NCBI GenBank assembly: GCA_041690395.1
Contig: JAWLHJ010000003.1
Span: forward strand, 576,001 to 640,000
DNA: 64,000 nucleotides
Source of the DNA: Longimicrobiales bacterium
Lineage (GTDB): Bacteria > Gemmatimonadota > Gemmatimonadetes > Longimicrobiales > Gaopeijiaceae
Direction: 5' to 3'
Of this stretch, positions 47,710 to 58,114 are shown piece after piece (within the stretch, counting starts at the first letter, position 1; each line of letters starts with the position of its first letter). The notes under the pieces were generated by a model that ran no database searches, had not been told where the DNA came from, and was given only the letters and a program-made list of their open reading frames with translations. The position numbers and the translations under genes were made by a program.

Positions 47710-48882
47710 TCAGCGGCCGCCCGGCCGGTAGCTCCGTACGGGGGGAAGCTGCGCACCCGTCAGGCCCTCGGGCTCCTCTTCCCCCACGACCGGCATCCGC
47801 AGCGTCCCGACCCCGTCGATGGTCGCCTCGATGACCTCGCCCGGCTGCAGGAAGCGCTGCTCACCCCGCACCGCCGTGCCCATGCCGGTTCCCCCCGAGG
47901 TCCCGTTGTTGATCACGTCGCCGGGAAACAGCGTGATGATCGAGGAGCCGTACTCGATGAGCTCCCACAGCGAGTGGATCATGTCGCCGGCCATCCCCTC
48001 CTGCATGCGCTCGCCGCCGACGCTCAGCGTCTGCCTGAGGATCTCCATCGGGTTGCCGTAGAACTCCTTGGGCACGATCCAGGGGCCCATGGGCGCGAAG
48101 GTGTCGTGCCCCTTCCCCACGAACCAGTCGGACTGGAGGGGATTTCCGCCCGGGGGCCGCCCGCCGCGGTCCGAGATATCCATCGTGACCGTGTACCCGA
48201 ACACGTGCGCCTCGGCGTCGTCCGCGGAAATGTACTTGCCGGCCCGCCCGATGACCGCTCCGAGCTCCACCTCCCAGTCGATCCGGTCGCGACCGTACGG
48301 GAGCACGATCGGCTCTCCGTTGCCGACGACGGCGCCCCGGCTCGGCTTGAGGAAGAGGTACGGCACACCTCGGTTCTCCCGGCGCTGCCGCAGGGCTTCG
48401 GCCCGCTCCTCCTCGGTGCCGGTCTCGTCGACGTGGGTGTAGAAGTTCACCGCGGCGTTGAGGATCTTGCCCGGATACATGATGGGCGGGAGGGTCCTGA
48501 GGTCGCCGACCTCGTGCACGTAGTCAGGCCGCGCCGCGCCCAACGCGTCGTCGGCCACGAGCTGATTCACCAACTCGTAGAGTCGGGCCTTCATGCCGTA
48601 CTCGTAACGCTCGATCAGCTCGAGCATGTCTGCCGGCATCGGCAGGCGTGGATATTCGGGGCGGCGCTCCAGATCGGCGTTGGCGCGCTCGAGGTCCACC
48701 ACGAAACGGTCTCGCAGGACCACGCCGACCCGCGGCTCGTCGTCGATCTCGAAGGTGCCGACCTTGAACGGCTCGGCGACCGAGGGAGCCTGCGCCTCGC
48801 CCCCGGCAGGCAGAAGCGCCAGGCACACGAGCCAGCCGCAGAGCCGGAGGGCCTTTGAAAGGGACGGAACGGACGTGCGCAT
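47710..48882 (-). CDS. Fumarylacetoacetate-hydrolase family protein with predicted signal peptide
   Basis: FLKP, DWEVELG, DISDR, KGHDTFAPMGP, GDVI..GT; N-terminus ..LALLPAGGEAQ. Confidence 0.85.
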   Translation of the reverse strand: MRTSVPSLSKALRLCGWLVCLALLPAGGEAQAPSVAEPFKVGTFEIDDEPRVGVVLRDRFVVDLERANADLERRPEYPRLPMPADMLELIERYEYGMKARLYELVNQLVADDALGAARPDYVHEVGDLRTLPPIMYPGKILNAAVNFYTHVDETGTEEERAEALRQRRENRGVPYLFLKPSRGAVVGNGEPIVLPYGRDRIDWEVELGAVIGRAGKYISADDAEAHVFGYTVTMDISDRGGRPPGGNPLQSDWFVGKGHDTFAPMGPWIVPKEFYGNPMEILRQTLSVGGERMQEGMAGDMIHSLWELIEYGSSIITLFPGDVINNGTSGGTGMGTAVRGEQRFLQPGEVIEATIDGVGTLRMPVVGEEEPEGLTGAQLPPVRSYRPGGR

Positions 48883-48947
48883 GACCTTACCTCCAGAGTG
48901 GGGACTCTACGGATAAGGGGCAGTGTCGGGGGGCGGGCCGCCCGGTG

Positions 48948-50006
48948 TCAAACGGACGCGGCCTCCCGCGGGAGATGGACGTCGAACGTGGTTCCCGCCT
49001 GCGGCGACGAGGAGACCATGATCGATCCGCCGTGCGCACGCGCGATCTCCCGCGCGATGTAGAGTCCGAGCCCCAAGCCTTGCTTGGGTCGGTCGGCCCG
49101 ATCGGTGCTCGCAGGATGAACGAAGGGATCGAAGAGCCGCTGCCGATCCGCGTCGGGAATCGCGCTTCCTGCGTTGTGGATGGAGGCGACCACCTCGTTC
49201 TCCTCTCCGATCAGAACGACGGTCACCGGCGCCCTGTCTCCGTGCAGCACCGCATTCTCGACCAGGTTGGACATCGCCTGCCCCAGGCGTCCCGCGTCCC
49301 ATTCCCCCTCGAGCTCGCCTCGTGCCTCGAACCGGAGATCGCATTCCGGATGTGCCGACCGCGCCTCTTCGACGATCTCGCGCGCGATCTCCTTCAGGCA
49401 GGTACGGGACCGGACGATCGGCATGCCGTCGCCGAGTCGGCACCGTGAAAAGTCCAGCAGGTCGTTCACCAGGTCCGTCATCCGTTGACCACTACTACGG
49501 ATCCTGGTCGCGAGCCTCAGGTCACGCTCGGTCAACGCTCCTCGCTTCACCAGATACTCGGATGCCATGAGCAGGGCGCCGAGCGGGGTGCGGAGGTCGT
49601 GGCCCAGCATCGCGAGGAACAGCTCGCGCCTCTTGCGCGCCTGGATGCGCGCCCGGGCGATCGATTCCATCAGGCCCTCGTCGATCGTCTTGTTCAACGA
49701 GATCAGGCCGTTCACTTCCGCGAGAGACGGCGAGCGGTGAGCCGCGACCCACTGTCGAACGAGCCTCGCGCGCGCGTCGCTGCACTTGTCGATCTTTTCC
49801 TTCAGGCCGATATCGTCGTCCAGGAGATCTTCGATTTCCTGCGTGGTGACCTTGGGCAGATCTCCCGGCGACGCGTCGTCGCCCTGGCGAGGCAACTCCC
49901 TCGGAAGCTCCGCGATCCTCTCCGAAGCACGTTCCCGGACCTGCTGGAGGGCATCCGCAAGGCGGCGACCGGTGTCCTCCGACTCCGTGTGGAGCGGGTC
50001 ACTCAT
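48948..50006 (-). CDS. Soluble orphan sensor histidine kinase
   Basis: MLGHDLRTPL, NLVENA, GLGLGLYI; helical N-terminus with no TM segment. Confidence 0.85.
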   Translation of the reverse strand: MSDPLHTESEDTGRRLADALQQVRERASERIAELPRELPRQGDDASPGDLPKVTTQEIEDLLDDDIGLKEKIDKCSDARARLVRQWVAAHRSPSLAEVNGLISLNKTIDEGLMESIARARIQARKRRELFLAMLGHDLRTPLGALLMASEYLVKRGALTERDLRLATRIRSSGQRMTDLVNDLLDFSRCRLGDGMPIVRSRTCLKEIAREIVEEARSAHPECDLRFEARGELEGEWDAGRLGQAMSNLVENAVLHGDRAPVTVVLIGEENEVVASIHNAGSAIPDADRQRLFDPFVHPASTDRADRPKQGLGLGLYIAREIARAHGGSIMVSSSPQAGTTFDVHLPREAASV

Positions 50007-50121
50007 GCCGACCTCCCTGGTCCTCGGCGTGTCCCCCGACGCGCTGTTAAGCTCATCTTCAACATAACGCAAGGACCATGCCGATCGCGAACCCGTCGGG
50101 ATCGGTGGCAGCGGTGCCCGC

Positions 50122-51441
50122 CTACGGAAGCACGACCCCGGGACCGTTCCGGGTGAGCGCGCGGCACGCCTCGAGGAGCTCCGCCCCGAGCCCCCGGTCC
50201 AATCCACCCCACGTGAACAGACCCTCTACCTTCGCGTCCAGCGCATCGTCGTCCAGGGGGCGGTCCGGGTCTCCCGTTGCCGAGACCACCCTCGCATGGT
50301 GCGTGCCCCCCGCTCCGCTCCGCGCCTCCACCCGCGCGCCCCAGCGCTCGGGGTACGCGTCGGCCAGAGTCTCATTCACGCCGACGGTCACGCGTCCGAG
50401 CATCGCCCGCACGTCCTCATCCTCGAGCGCCACGGCATCGAACGCATCCAGGCCGGGCGTCCCACGCACGAGGGCGCGGGCCACGGCGTACTGAAGGCTG
50501 AAGCGCGCCTCGTGCGGCGTGTTCGGGTCCGGCCGATCGGTCACGTCGAGCGCGGCCGGGTAGCTCTCCACGGACACTCGCTCGGGGGCCACGCCACCCA
50601 GGGCCGCCCGTACCTCGAGCGCCGCGTCGATGGCCGGGTGCACGTGGCGGCAGCACGGGTAGGGCTTCATCGACGTCTCCGGGAGCTTCCACGTCGGAGC
50701 GCCGGCGCACACGACATCGGGCCGCGCGTCGGGGCACAACGCCCGGAACAACCCCTTCTCTCCTTCCAGAATGTGCTCCGCACCCGTCAGCCCTTCGGCC
50801 GCCAGGAGCGTCGCGCGAAGCCCCGCGGCGGCCGCATGGCCGGCGTGGAGTGGCTTGCTCATGGCGCCTTCCGCGTTGAACTGCCAAAGCCCCGCCGCCT
50901 GCGTTCCGGCGCTCCCGAGCGAGTTCACCCAAGCGTCCTCGTCGAGCTGCAGCAGAGAGGCTGCGGCCGCGGCCGCACCGAAAGGGCCGGCCGTCGCGGT
51001 ATTGTGGAAGATCCGGTAGTGCGCGGGGCCGAGCGCCTCGCCTACGCGGATCATCACCTCGTAACCCGCGAGCACCGCGCCGAGCACGGCGTGTCCTGCG
51101 GCCCCGATCTCGCGGCCCAGGAGGAGCGCCACCGGAACGACCACGCACCCCGGGTGCGTCACCGAGGCACGGTGGAGGTCGTCCGTCTCGGTGACGTGCG
51201 AGCGCGCGGCCGCCAGGAAGACGCGCCCCTCCAGGTCGCGGGCGCGGGCTCCGTAGGCCTCGAGGATCCGTCCCTCGGGGGTGGCGGCACCGGCGACGTA
51301 CGAGCCCAGCCAGTCGCGCACGAAGCGCTCGGCCTCCACACGGTCCAGATCGGTGACGGGGCGCGCCCGGACGTATCGCGTGAGGCGCCGGGTGAGGCTC
51401 CCCTCCTCCCCGGGGTCACGGGCCGACGAGGCTGCGGTCAC
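50122..51441 (-). CDS. MmgE/PrpD family protein
   Basis: DDLH..HPG, FHNT, SKPLHAG, KPYPCCRH, FSLQY. Confidence 0.9.
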   Translation of the reverse strand: MTAASSARDPGEEGSLTRRLTRYVRARPVTDLDRVEAERFVRDWLGSYVAGAATPEGRILEAYGARARDLEGRVFLAAARSHVTETDDLHRASVTHPGCVVVPVALLLGREIGAAGHAVLGAVLAGYEVMIRVGEALGPAHYRIFHNTATAGPFGAAAAAASLLQLDEDAWVNSLGSAGTQAAGLWQFNAEGAMSKPLHAGHAAAAGLRATLLAAEGLTGAEHILEGEKGLFRALCPDARPDVVCAGAPTWKLPETSMKPYPCCRHVHPAIDAALEVRAALGGVAPERVSVESYPAALDVTDRPDPNTPHEARFSLQYAVARALVRGTPGLDAFDAVALEDEDVRAMLGRVTVGVNETLADAYPERWGARVEARSGAGGTHHARVVSATGDPDRPLDDDALDAKVEGLFTWGGLDRGLGAELLEACRALTRNGPGVVLP

Positions 51442-52559
51442 GTGGCGAACTCCTTTCTGAGGGCCGCGCCGTGCTGGTCGAGCCCCGGTACGGGCCCGTC
51501 CACTTCGTCCTCACGCCAGCGCGTGGCGGGCGCGGGCATCCGCACCGGCCCGTCCGGGGTGTCGACATCCAGCAACTCGAGCTGCGGATGGTCGGCGAGC
51601 TCGGCCACCGTGCGGACACGTCCGAACGCGATCCCGCCGCGCTCCAGGCGCGCAACGAGCTCCGACGTCGTCCAGCCTCCGAACACCACCTGGAGCTCGG
51701 CCACCAGGTCATTGCGGTGCCGGACCCTCGCGGGATTGTCCTGGAACCGCGGATCGGACGCCAACTCGGGCCTCGCGAGCACGTCCGCGCAGAGCCGCTG
51801 CCACTCGCGCTCGTTCTGGACAGCCACCATCACGGTGTCGCCCTCGGAGGAGGTGTACGGTCCGTACGGTGCGATGCCGGGGTGCCGGAGACCACTCCGC
51901 GAGGGCGGACGCCCGCCGTACACCTGATGCAGGTACGGCACCGACATCCAGTCGGCGATCGACTGGAACAGGGATACCTCGAGGGCACGCCCTTCCCCGG
52001 TCGCGTCCCGCACGCGGAGCGCCTCGAGCACCGCCGTGTAGACGTGCATGCCCGCGGCGATGTCGCACACCGAGATACCGACGCGCGCCGGAGACTCCTC
52101 GGTGCCGGTGACCGCCGCGAGCCCGGCTTCGCCCTGCACGAGGCTGTCGTAGGCCTTCATGTGCGCGTAGGGGCCGTCCCGGCCGTAACCGGAGACGTCG
52201 CACGTGATGAGCCGCGGGTGGGCGGCCCGAAGCGCCTCCGAGCCGAAGCCCGCGCGCTCGGCGGCGCCGGGGGCGAGGTTCTGAACGAAGACGTCGGCGC
52301 GCGCGATCATGCGCCGGAGCAGCGCTGCCTCCGCGGGGTTCTTCAGGTCGAGCGCGACCGACTCCTTCCCTCGGTTGAGCCAGGCGAAATACGCGCTCCC
52401 TCCCCGCACGACCCGGTCGTAGCCACGCGCGAAGTCGCCGTCCGGACGCTCCACCTTGATGACCCGGGCGCCCGCGTCGGCCATCTTCCGGGTCGCGAGC
52501 GGCGCGGCGACCGCCTGCTCGACCGAGACGACCCGCACCCCCTCGAGCGGGAGCGTCAC
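51438..52559 (-). CDS. Family III (CaiB/BaiF) CoA-transferase
   Basis: [38 protein letters not shown]. Confidence 0.9.
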   Translation of the reverse strand: MTLPLEGVRVVSVEQAVAAPLATRKMADAGARVIKVERPDGDFARGYDRVVRGGSAYFAWLNRGKESVALDLKNPAEAALLRRMIARADVFVQNLAPGAAERAGFGSEALRAAHPRLITCDVSGYGRDGPYAHMKAYDSLVQGEAGLAAVTGTEESPARVGISVCDIAAGMHVYTAVLEALRVRDATGEGRALEVSLFQSIADWMSVPYLHQVYGGRPPSRSGLRHPGIAPYGPYTSSEGDTVMVAVQNEREWQRLCADVLARPELASDPRFQDNPARVRHRNDLVAELQVVFGGWTTSELVARLERGGIAFGRVRTVAELADHPQLELLDVDTPDGPVRMPAPATRWREDEVDGPVPGLDQHGAALRKEFAT

Positions 52560-53878
52560 GCGCCGACGCCGCAGAAGCGCACGGCCGCCACGGCGAGCGT
52601 GCGTGCGACGGCCGCCAGGTCGTCGATGGCGACCCACTCGTCCGGACGGTGCGCCCGCCGGATGTCTCCCGGACCGAACAGCACCGTGGGGGTCCCGCCG
52701 ACCATCGCCAGCGTGCCCATGTCCGCGCCGTAGGTCATCCCCTCGAGGGGCAGGTCGCGGCCGACCACCGCGCTCCCGGCGGACTGGACGGTAGCCACCA
52801 ACGGATGCTCCGGATCGGTTCGGGCGGCGGTGAAACGCCCGCCCCACCACGAAAGCTCGGGCGGATGGTCGCGAAGCCACGGATCGCCCCGGGCCGCTTC
52901 GGCCACGGCCCGTTCGAGCTCGCTGCGCGCGTCGGCCTCGTCTTCCCCCGGAGCGACACCGTAGCGCCCCTCGAAGGTCAGGTGGTCGGCGACGGACGAC
53001 GCCCAATCGCCGCCCCGGACCGTCCCGACGCAGATCGGGAACGGGAAGGCGTACGACGCGAACAGCGGATCACCTCCGAAACGGCGGTTCCGGTCCTCCT
53101 CGAGCCAGCGGATACCGGCCATGATCGTGGGCAACTTCTCGATCGCGTCGACCCCCTCCTCCCGCACCGCCCCGTGTGCCGCGAGCCCCCGGATACGCAC
53201 CCGGAAGTTCAGGCATCCGGCCTGGGCCGGCGCCACGGCGAGCCTCGTCGGCTCCATGACGATGGCGCCGTCGCCCCGGTATCCTCGGAGAACGGACGCC
53301 AGCGTGCCGAGGCCGCCGTCCTCCTCGCCCACGACGCTCTGCAGATGGACGTCGCCGGCCAGCCTGAGGCCCGTCGAGCGCACCGCGCGGAGGGCATAGA
53401 GGGCGGCTACCAGCGCGCCCTTCATGTCCAGCGCGCCACGCCCGTACAGGCGGCCCTCCCGGACCGTCCCGGAGAACGGCGGATCGGTCCAGAGCGCCTC
53501 GTCACCGGGCGGGACGACGTCCACGTGCCCGTTGAGGACGAGGGTGCGGCCGGGTCCGGACCCGCCGGGCGCCGGTTCCGCGCCCGGAGCCGCCTCACGC
53601 GTGCCCGGCAGTGTGCCCACCAACCCGATCGCTTCGTCGCGCTCCAACTCGGCGCTGAACGACGGGTGGCGGGAGAGCTCCTCGAGATCGATCGTCCAGC
53701 GGTCCACCTCCAGGCCGGAGTCGGCCATCGTGGCGGCCATGAAGTCCTGAGCCGCCGTCTCCCGCCCGTTCCAGCTCGGAATCCGGACGAGCTCCTGAGC
53801 GGCTCGGACGAGCCCATTGACGTCCACCGCGTCCGCGACGTCGCGCTCGAGGTCGGTGAGGTCGGACGCGTCGCTCAT
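52556..53878 (-). CDS. ArgE/DapE-family M20 deacylase
   Basis: [29 protein letters not shown]. Confidence 0.9.
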   Translation of the reverse strand: MSDASDLTDLERDVADAVDVNGLVRAAQELVRIPSWNGRETAAQDFMAATMADSGLEVDRWTIDLEELSRHPSFSAELERDEAIGLVGTLPGTREAAPGAEPAPGGSGPGRTLVLNGHVDVVPPGDEALWTDPPFSGTVREGRLYGRGALDMKGALVAALYALRAVRSTGLRLAGDVHLQSVVGEEDGGLGTLASVLRGYRGDGAIVMEPTRLAVAPAQAGCLNFRVRIRGLAAHGAVREEGVDAIEKLPTIMAGIRWLEEDRNRRFGGDPLFASYAFPFPICVGTVRGGDWASSVADHLTFEGRYGVAPGEDEADARSELERAVAEAARGDPWLRDHPPELSWWGGRFTAARTDPEHPLVATVQSAGSAVVGRDLPLEGMTYGADMGTLAMVGGTPTVLFGPGDIRRAHRPDEWVAIDDLAAVARTLAVAAVRFCGVGA

Positions 53879-55056
53879 CCCCGGGCTAGAGCCTGCTCCA
53901 GGTCCGCGATGAGATCCTCCGGGTCCTCGATACCGACCGAATAGCGCACCAACCCCTCGGGGATGCCCAACTCGGCCCGTTCCTCGGGGGTGCATTCGAC
54001 GTGGCTCGTGGTCGCGGGCGTGCCGGCGACGGTCTCGACCGCGCCCAGATTCGCGGCCAGGTGCGCCCACCGGAGTGCCGGCAGGAAACGTTTGACGGCC
54101 TCCAGGCCGCCATCGAGCGAGAAGCTCAACATGCCGCCGAACGCCCGCATCTGCCTCCGCGCCACGGCGTGCCCGGGGTGCGTCTCGAGGCCCGGATAAT
54201 GCACGGCGTCCACGCCCTCGGCATCCCGCAGCCACGTCGCGATCCGCATCGCGGAGGCGGACTGGCGCTCAACCCGCAGCGCCAGCGTCTTGAGGCCGCG
54301 GAGTAGCAGGTACGCCGCTTCCGGGTGCAGGCTCGCCCCGGCGATCTCGCGATGGCGGAAGACCTTCCGGACCAGGTCGGCGTCGCCGCAGAGCACGCCT
54401 CCGAGCGCGTCCGCGTGCCCGCCGAGGAACTTCGTGGCGGAATGGACGACGAGGTGCGCGCCCAACTCCAGCGGAGACTGGTTGAGTGGGGTGGCGAACG
54501 TATTGTCGACCACGACCGTCGCGCCCGCGGCGCGGCCCGCCGCCGCCAACCGGGCGAGATCGACCACCTTGAGCGTGGGGTTGGTCGGCGTCTCCAGGTA
54601 GAGGAGATCGCACCCGCCGGCGATCTCCGCCTCGATGGCGTCGTCGTCGGTCTCGGCGAGCGCCACGTCCACACCCCACTCCGGGAGGTGCCGGGTCAGC
54701 AGGACGCTCGTGCCCCCGTAGGTGTCCTTCTGCGACACGACCCGCGATCCGGGTCGGAGGAACGTCTGGAAGACATTGGAGATCGCGGCCATGCCCGTCG
54801 CGAACGACGTTGCCGCCTCCGCCGCCTCGAGCGCGCGGACCTTCTCCTCGAAGGCGGCCACGGTCGGGTTCGTGTTCCGGCCGTAGATGTGCCCCTCGCG
54901 CTCTCCCCGCGCCACGGCGACCCAGGCGTCGACGTCCCGGTACCCGAACGATACGGACGGCACGACCGGAACCTGGGTCGGCGCGCCGGGAGCGCGGCTC
55001 TCCTCCCCGGCCCAGACCGACAGCGTGGCCGGGCCGGGACGGCCTCTCCCCTCCAC
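53875..55056 (-). CDS. Cystathionine gamma-synthase/methionine gamma-lyase family PLP enzyme
   Basis: [34 protein letters not shown]. Confidence 0.9.
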   Translation of the reverse strand: MEGRGRPGPATLSVWAGEESRAPGAPTQVPVVPSVSFGYRDVDAWVAVARGEREGHIYGRNTNPTVAAFEEKVRALEAAEAATSFATGMAAISNVFQTFLRPGSRVVSQKDTYGGTSVLLTRHLPEWGVDVALAETDDDAIEAEIAGGCDLLYLETPTNPTLKVVDLARLAAAGRAAGATVVVDNTFATPLNQSPLELGAHLVVHSATKFLGGHADALGGVLCGDADLVRKVFRHREIAGASLHPEAAYLLLRGLKTLALRVERQSASAMRIATWLRDAEGVDAVHYPGLETHPGHAVARRQMRAFGGMLSFSLDGGLEAVKRFLPALRWAHLAANLGAVETVAGTPATTSHVECTPEERAELGIPEGLVRYSVGIEDPEDLIADLEQALARG

Positions 55057-55061
55057 GGGCG

Positions 55062-57695
55062 TCAGCTTCCCACCAGCGCGTTGAAGAGGAACTTGAAGGT
55101 CCCGTGCGTCTGGGCCCTGTGCTGCGTGCGGAAGCCGATCATGAGGATCTCGCCCTCACCGTGATCGATGTGCAGCATGGCCGCCCTTCCCGCGATCAGG
55201 TCCTCGCCGTCGAGCTGGCCGCTCTGGAGCACATCGTCCCGCCAGTACGACGCCACCCGGCGCACCCGCTCCCCGTCCGAGGAGCGCTCCACCTCGTAGA
55301 CCTGGTTGTCCCCGAAGAACACGACCCAGGCATCGTCCGGCATGCCCCACGCCATCGGATGATCGGTCTCCACGTCGACCCGCAGCGTCGAGCCGTATGC
55401 CCAGAACTCGGAGTTCGGCACGTCGGCGACGACGTTGCGAATCGGCACGTCGAAGCCGTCCAGGACGAGGTCACCAGCCTGGGCGAACGTCACGAGTCGT
55501 CCGCCCCCTCGCACGAAGGCCTCGAGCGCCTCGACACCGGCCTCCCCGAATCCGCTCCGGTATTCGGGCGGCATGGAGGTCATCTGCTCCTCGTCGTCGG
55601 AGCCCATCAGCGTCTCCAGATCGTCGTCAGGCACGATCAGGACGTCGATCCGGTCCGCGAGCCGCCCGGAGAGCACGTCGGCGTCCATGATCGTGTCGTA
55701 CGGGAAGCCGAAGTCCTCGATCATGAGCCGGGTCCACCCCTCGTCCATGTTGCCGCCCCAGTACCGCTGGAACATGCCCACGCGGAGGCGCGCGGCCTCC
55801 GGCGCGTACTCGTCGCCCGCGTCGACGTTCATGGCCAGGAAGTCGACACCGGTCTCACCGGCGATCCGCGAGGCCACCGCGTCGGACACGTCGGGCACCC
55901 AGAAGTCGCCGGCCGCGTGCGGCCCGTGGTCGCTCACGAACCGGTGCACGGTGACGCCCTCGTCCCAGAGCATGTTCACCGCATGGAAAGCGTCGTTGAG
56001 GTTGCCGGGGATGTGGAAGCCCTCGCTCCCCCGGGTCACCTCGCCCGTCGGGTCGGGGCGCGTCGCCACCAGGTCGAGTGCCGCCTCGACCTCGCCGCCC
56101 GCGGGATGGACCTCCACGCCCATGAACTCCGCGAGCACGTCGGCGCTCATGTCGTACGGGCGGATCGGGCTGCCGTCGGGGTTCCGCGTGTAGCTGTTCT
56201 GCGGATAGAACGTCCGGCCCAGCAGGTAGCGGATGACCCCCTGCTTCGGCTGCGCCATGGACACGACCCACGAGCCCGCCGGATAGAAGCGGCCCTCGTG
56301 CACGAAGTCCTCCGACGACCGATGCACGTCGACGCCCTGGAGGAGCAGCTTGTCCACGAGCTTGGTCGCGGTGAGCGGGTCGTGCTGGTCCGCCGAGATC
56401 AGGTAGACCCGGGTCTCGGCCTCGGCGCCCCGCCGCGTCTGGGCGAGCGCCTTGCGCGCCGTGTTGCGCAGCTGGAGCTCCCGGTTCCGCGCCGCGATGT
56501 CCAGCGAGGCGAAGGTCGCGATGTTGATGTTGGTGACGATGTCGCGCGTGCTCCACCACCCGCCCGGCCAGGGGCTCGGGAAGGTGGTCTGCTCCTCGTA
56601 CTCCGGGAGCTGGCGCGATCCGGTGAGCTGCTCCGGATGCACGTAGATGGGCGAGGCCATGTCCGCGCTCGCCGACTCCGTCAGCATGCCGGCGATGTTG
56701 TGGAACGGCGTGATCCAGTGGAAGCCGAAGTGGCCCCAACCGGAGTAGATCGCCGCGCCGATCACCCCCTGGCGCCCCTCTTCCTCGAGGCGGTACCCCA
56801 TGTGCGCACCGTACCAGTCCATCTCGCGCCACACCAGCGGGTCGGCACCGGGCCGCACCGGCTCCGCATAGGGCGGGATGTACATGCGGGCGGTATAGCC
56901 GCCCATCTGGTGATGATCGATGAAGGCCTGCGGTATCCAGTCCCGGAACAGGATCTCCGCGCCGTACTGCGACTCGACCGTGGCCTGCATGAACGCGTCA
57001 CGGTTGTTGTCGTGCCCGATGTAGTGATGATAGAGCTCGGGAGGGCGCGTCGTCTCGTACTCGGTGCCGACCTGCTGCCGGTACCAGTCGGTGACGATGT
57101 GGTTGCCGTCCGGATTGAACATCGGGATCTGGATGGCCACCGTCTCGTCGAGGATGCGCATCATCTCCTCGTCGTCGCGCGTCGCCATCTCGTAGAGGAT
57201 CTCGACCGACGCCTGACTCGGCGCCACCTCGGTCGAGTGCAGCCCGTACGACTGGACGAGAACGACCTTGCCCCGCTCCACAGCGTCGTCGATCTCGGCC
57301 TGGCTCCGGCCGCGCGGGTCCTGCAGGAGCGCGTTCAGCCGCTGGATCTCGTCGAGGTTCGCCAGGTTCTCGGGGCTCGAGACGAAAATCACCAGGAACG
57401 GGAGCCCCCGGGTGGACGTGCCCACGTCACGGACCTCGATCCGGTCGCTCCGCTCGCCGATCATCTCGTAGTACGGAAGCATCTCGTCCCACCGCACCAG
57501 CTGCCGGTCTGCGCCCATCACGTGGCCGAAGTACTCCTCGGGCGACGGGATGGCCTGCGCGGCCGCGGACGCGACCGTGGCCAGGCTCAGCGCGACGGCC
57601 AGCGCCAGCACGGAAGCCGAGCGCAGGGTATCAGCCGCGCCTCGCTGCAGCGGTCGGAGAAGTCGGTTTCGTAGGGCCCTGGGGCTCGAAATCAT
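55062..57695 (-). CDS. Secreted M14 zinc carboxypeptidase with C-terminal glutamine-amidotransferase-like domain
   Basis: HSTE, NPDG, HDNNRD, DHHQM, DEGWTR; signal peptide; start uncertain. Confidence 0.85.
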   Translation of the reverse strand: MISSPRALRNRLLRPLQRGAADTLRSASVLALAVALSLATVASAAAQAIPSPEEYFGHVMGADRQLVRWDEMLPYYEMIGERSDRIEVRDVGTSTRGLPFLVIFVSSPENLANLDEIQRLNALLQDPRGRSQAEIDDAVERGKVVLVQSYGLHSTEVAPSQASVEILYEMATRDDEEMMRILDETVAIQIPMFNPDGNHIVTDWYRQQVGTEYETTRPPELYHHYIGHDNNRDAFMQATVESQYGAEILFRDWIPQAFIDHHQMGGYTARMYIPPYAEPVRPGADPLVWREMDWYGAHMGYRLEEEGRQGVIGAAIYSGWGHFGFHWITPFHNIAGMLTESASADMASPIYVHPEQLTGSRQLPEYEEQTTFPSPWPGGWWSTRDIVTNINIATFASLDIAARNRELQLRNTARKALAQTRRGAEAETRVYLISADQHDPLTATKLVDKLLLQGVDVHRSSEDFVHEGRFYPAGSWVVSMAQPKQGVIRYLLGRTFYPQNSYTRNPDGSPIRPYDMSADVLAEFMGVEVHPAGGEVEAALDLVATRPDPTGEVTRGSEGFHIPGNLNDAFHAVNMLWDEGVTVHRFVSDHGPHAAGDFWVPDVSDAVASRIAGETGVDFLAMNVDAGDEYAPEAARLRVGMFQRYWGGNMDEGWTRLMIEDFGFPYDTIMDADVLSGRLADRIDVLIVPDDDLETLMGSDDEEQMTSMPPEYRSGFGEAGVEALEAFVRGGGRLVTFAQAGDLVLDGFDVPIRNVVADVPNSEFWAYGSTLRVDVETDHPMAWGMPDDAWVVFFGDNQVYEVERSSDGERVRRVASYWRDDVLQSGQLDGEDLIAGRAAMLHIDHGEGEILMIGFRTQHRAQTHGTFKFLFNALVGS

Positions 57696-57799
57696 GGAGG
57701 TACTCCGCGATCGGTCTGGGGTTGAGGTCCCTTCGGGATAACGTCTTCGGCCCACGGATCGCAAGTGGCGCGCTTGTGCTTCGCGCCGATTCCGGACAT

Positions 57800-57834
57800 G
57801 AGAAAGCCCCGCGGACCAGGTGGCCCGCGGGGCT
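57800..57834 (-). terminator. Terminator downstream of tRNA-Asn
   Basis: AGCCCCGCGG / CCGCGGGGCT stem followed by TTCTC. Confidence 0.7.
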
Positions 57835-57843
57835 CTCGCATTA

Positions 57844-57916
57844 CTGGGGCGGGAGGGTTCGAACCTCCAACCTCCTGGTTAACAGCCAGGCGCTCTGCCG
57901 GTTGAGCTACACCCCA
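57844..57916 (-). tRNA. tRNA-Asn (GTT), CCA not encoded
   Basis: 73-nt cloverleaf: TGGGGTG/CGCCCCA acceptor stem, GCTC/GAGC D stem, CCTGG-CTGTTAA-CCAGG anticodon arm, GGAGG-TTCGAAC-CCTCC T arm, G73. Confidence 0.97.
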
Positions 57917-57973
57917 TACGCTTGGCGGGTTCGTGCCGATGACCCCCGCCGATCGACACTCCCCCACCAACGC

Positions 57974-58007
57974 AAAACGGCCGCGATCCCCTGGGGACCG
58001 CGGCCGT
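57974..58007 (-). terminator. Attenuator-type terminator between the Asn-rich leader and tRNA-Asn
   Basis: ACGGCCGCGGTCCC-CAG-GGGATCGCGGCCGT stem running into a U4 tract. Confidence 0.8.
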
Positions 58008-58030
58008 CTCGTCGTTCCGATTTCGTTCGG

Positions 58031-58108
58031 CTACGCGAGTCCGCGGTCGCAGTCCCCATTGGGATTGCGATTCATATTCGGATTCGAGTTGCCGCGCGTG
58101 TTGTTCAT
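58031..58108 (-). CDS. Asn-rich leader peptide MNNTRGNSNPNMNRNPNGDCDRGLA, putative attenuator of tRNA-Asn
   Basis: 8 of 25 codons are Asn (3 AAC, 5 AAT); ATG lies 6 nt after a -10 box; its 3' half is complementary to the terminator 5' arm. Confidence 0.78.
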   Translation of the reverse strand: MNNTRGNSNPNMNRNPNGDCDRGLA

Positions 58109-58114
58109 GCACCG

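Noticed and set aside
57696..57775. Possible riboswitch before the M14 peptidase (GGAG-TAC-CTCC hairpin over the RBS; GCGATC/GATCGC pairing)
   Set aside because: Helices are short, expected by chance at this GC content, and match no aptamer I recognise.
57844..57916. tRNA as a genomic-island integration site
   Set aside because: No integrase and no duplicated tRNA 3' end noticed in the window.
57917..58110. Possible tmRNA or second tRNA (Asn-rich peptide ending in LA; CCACCA near 57964-57969 on the plus strand)
   Set aside because: No pairable T-arm or alanyl acceptor stem, too short, and the peptide has its own ATG and promoter; the attenuator model fits better.
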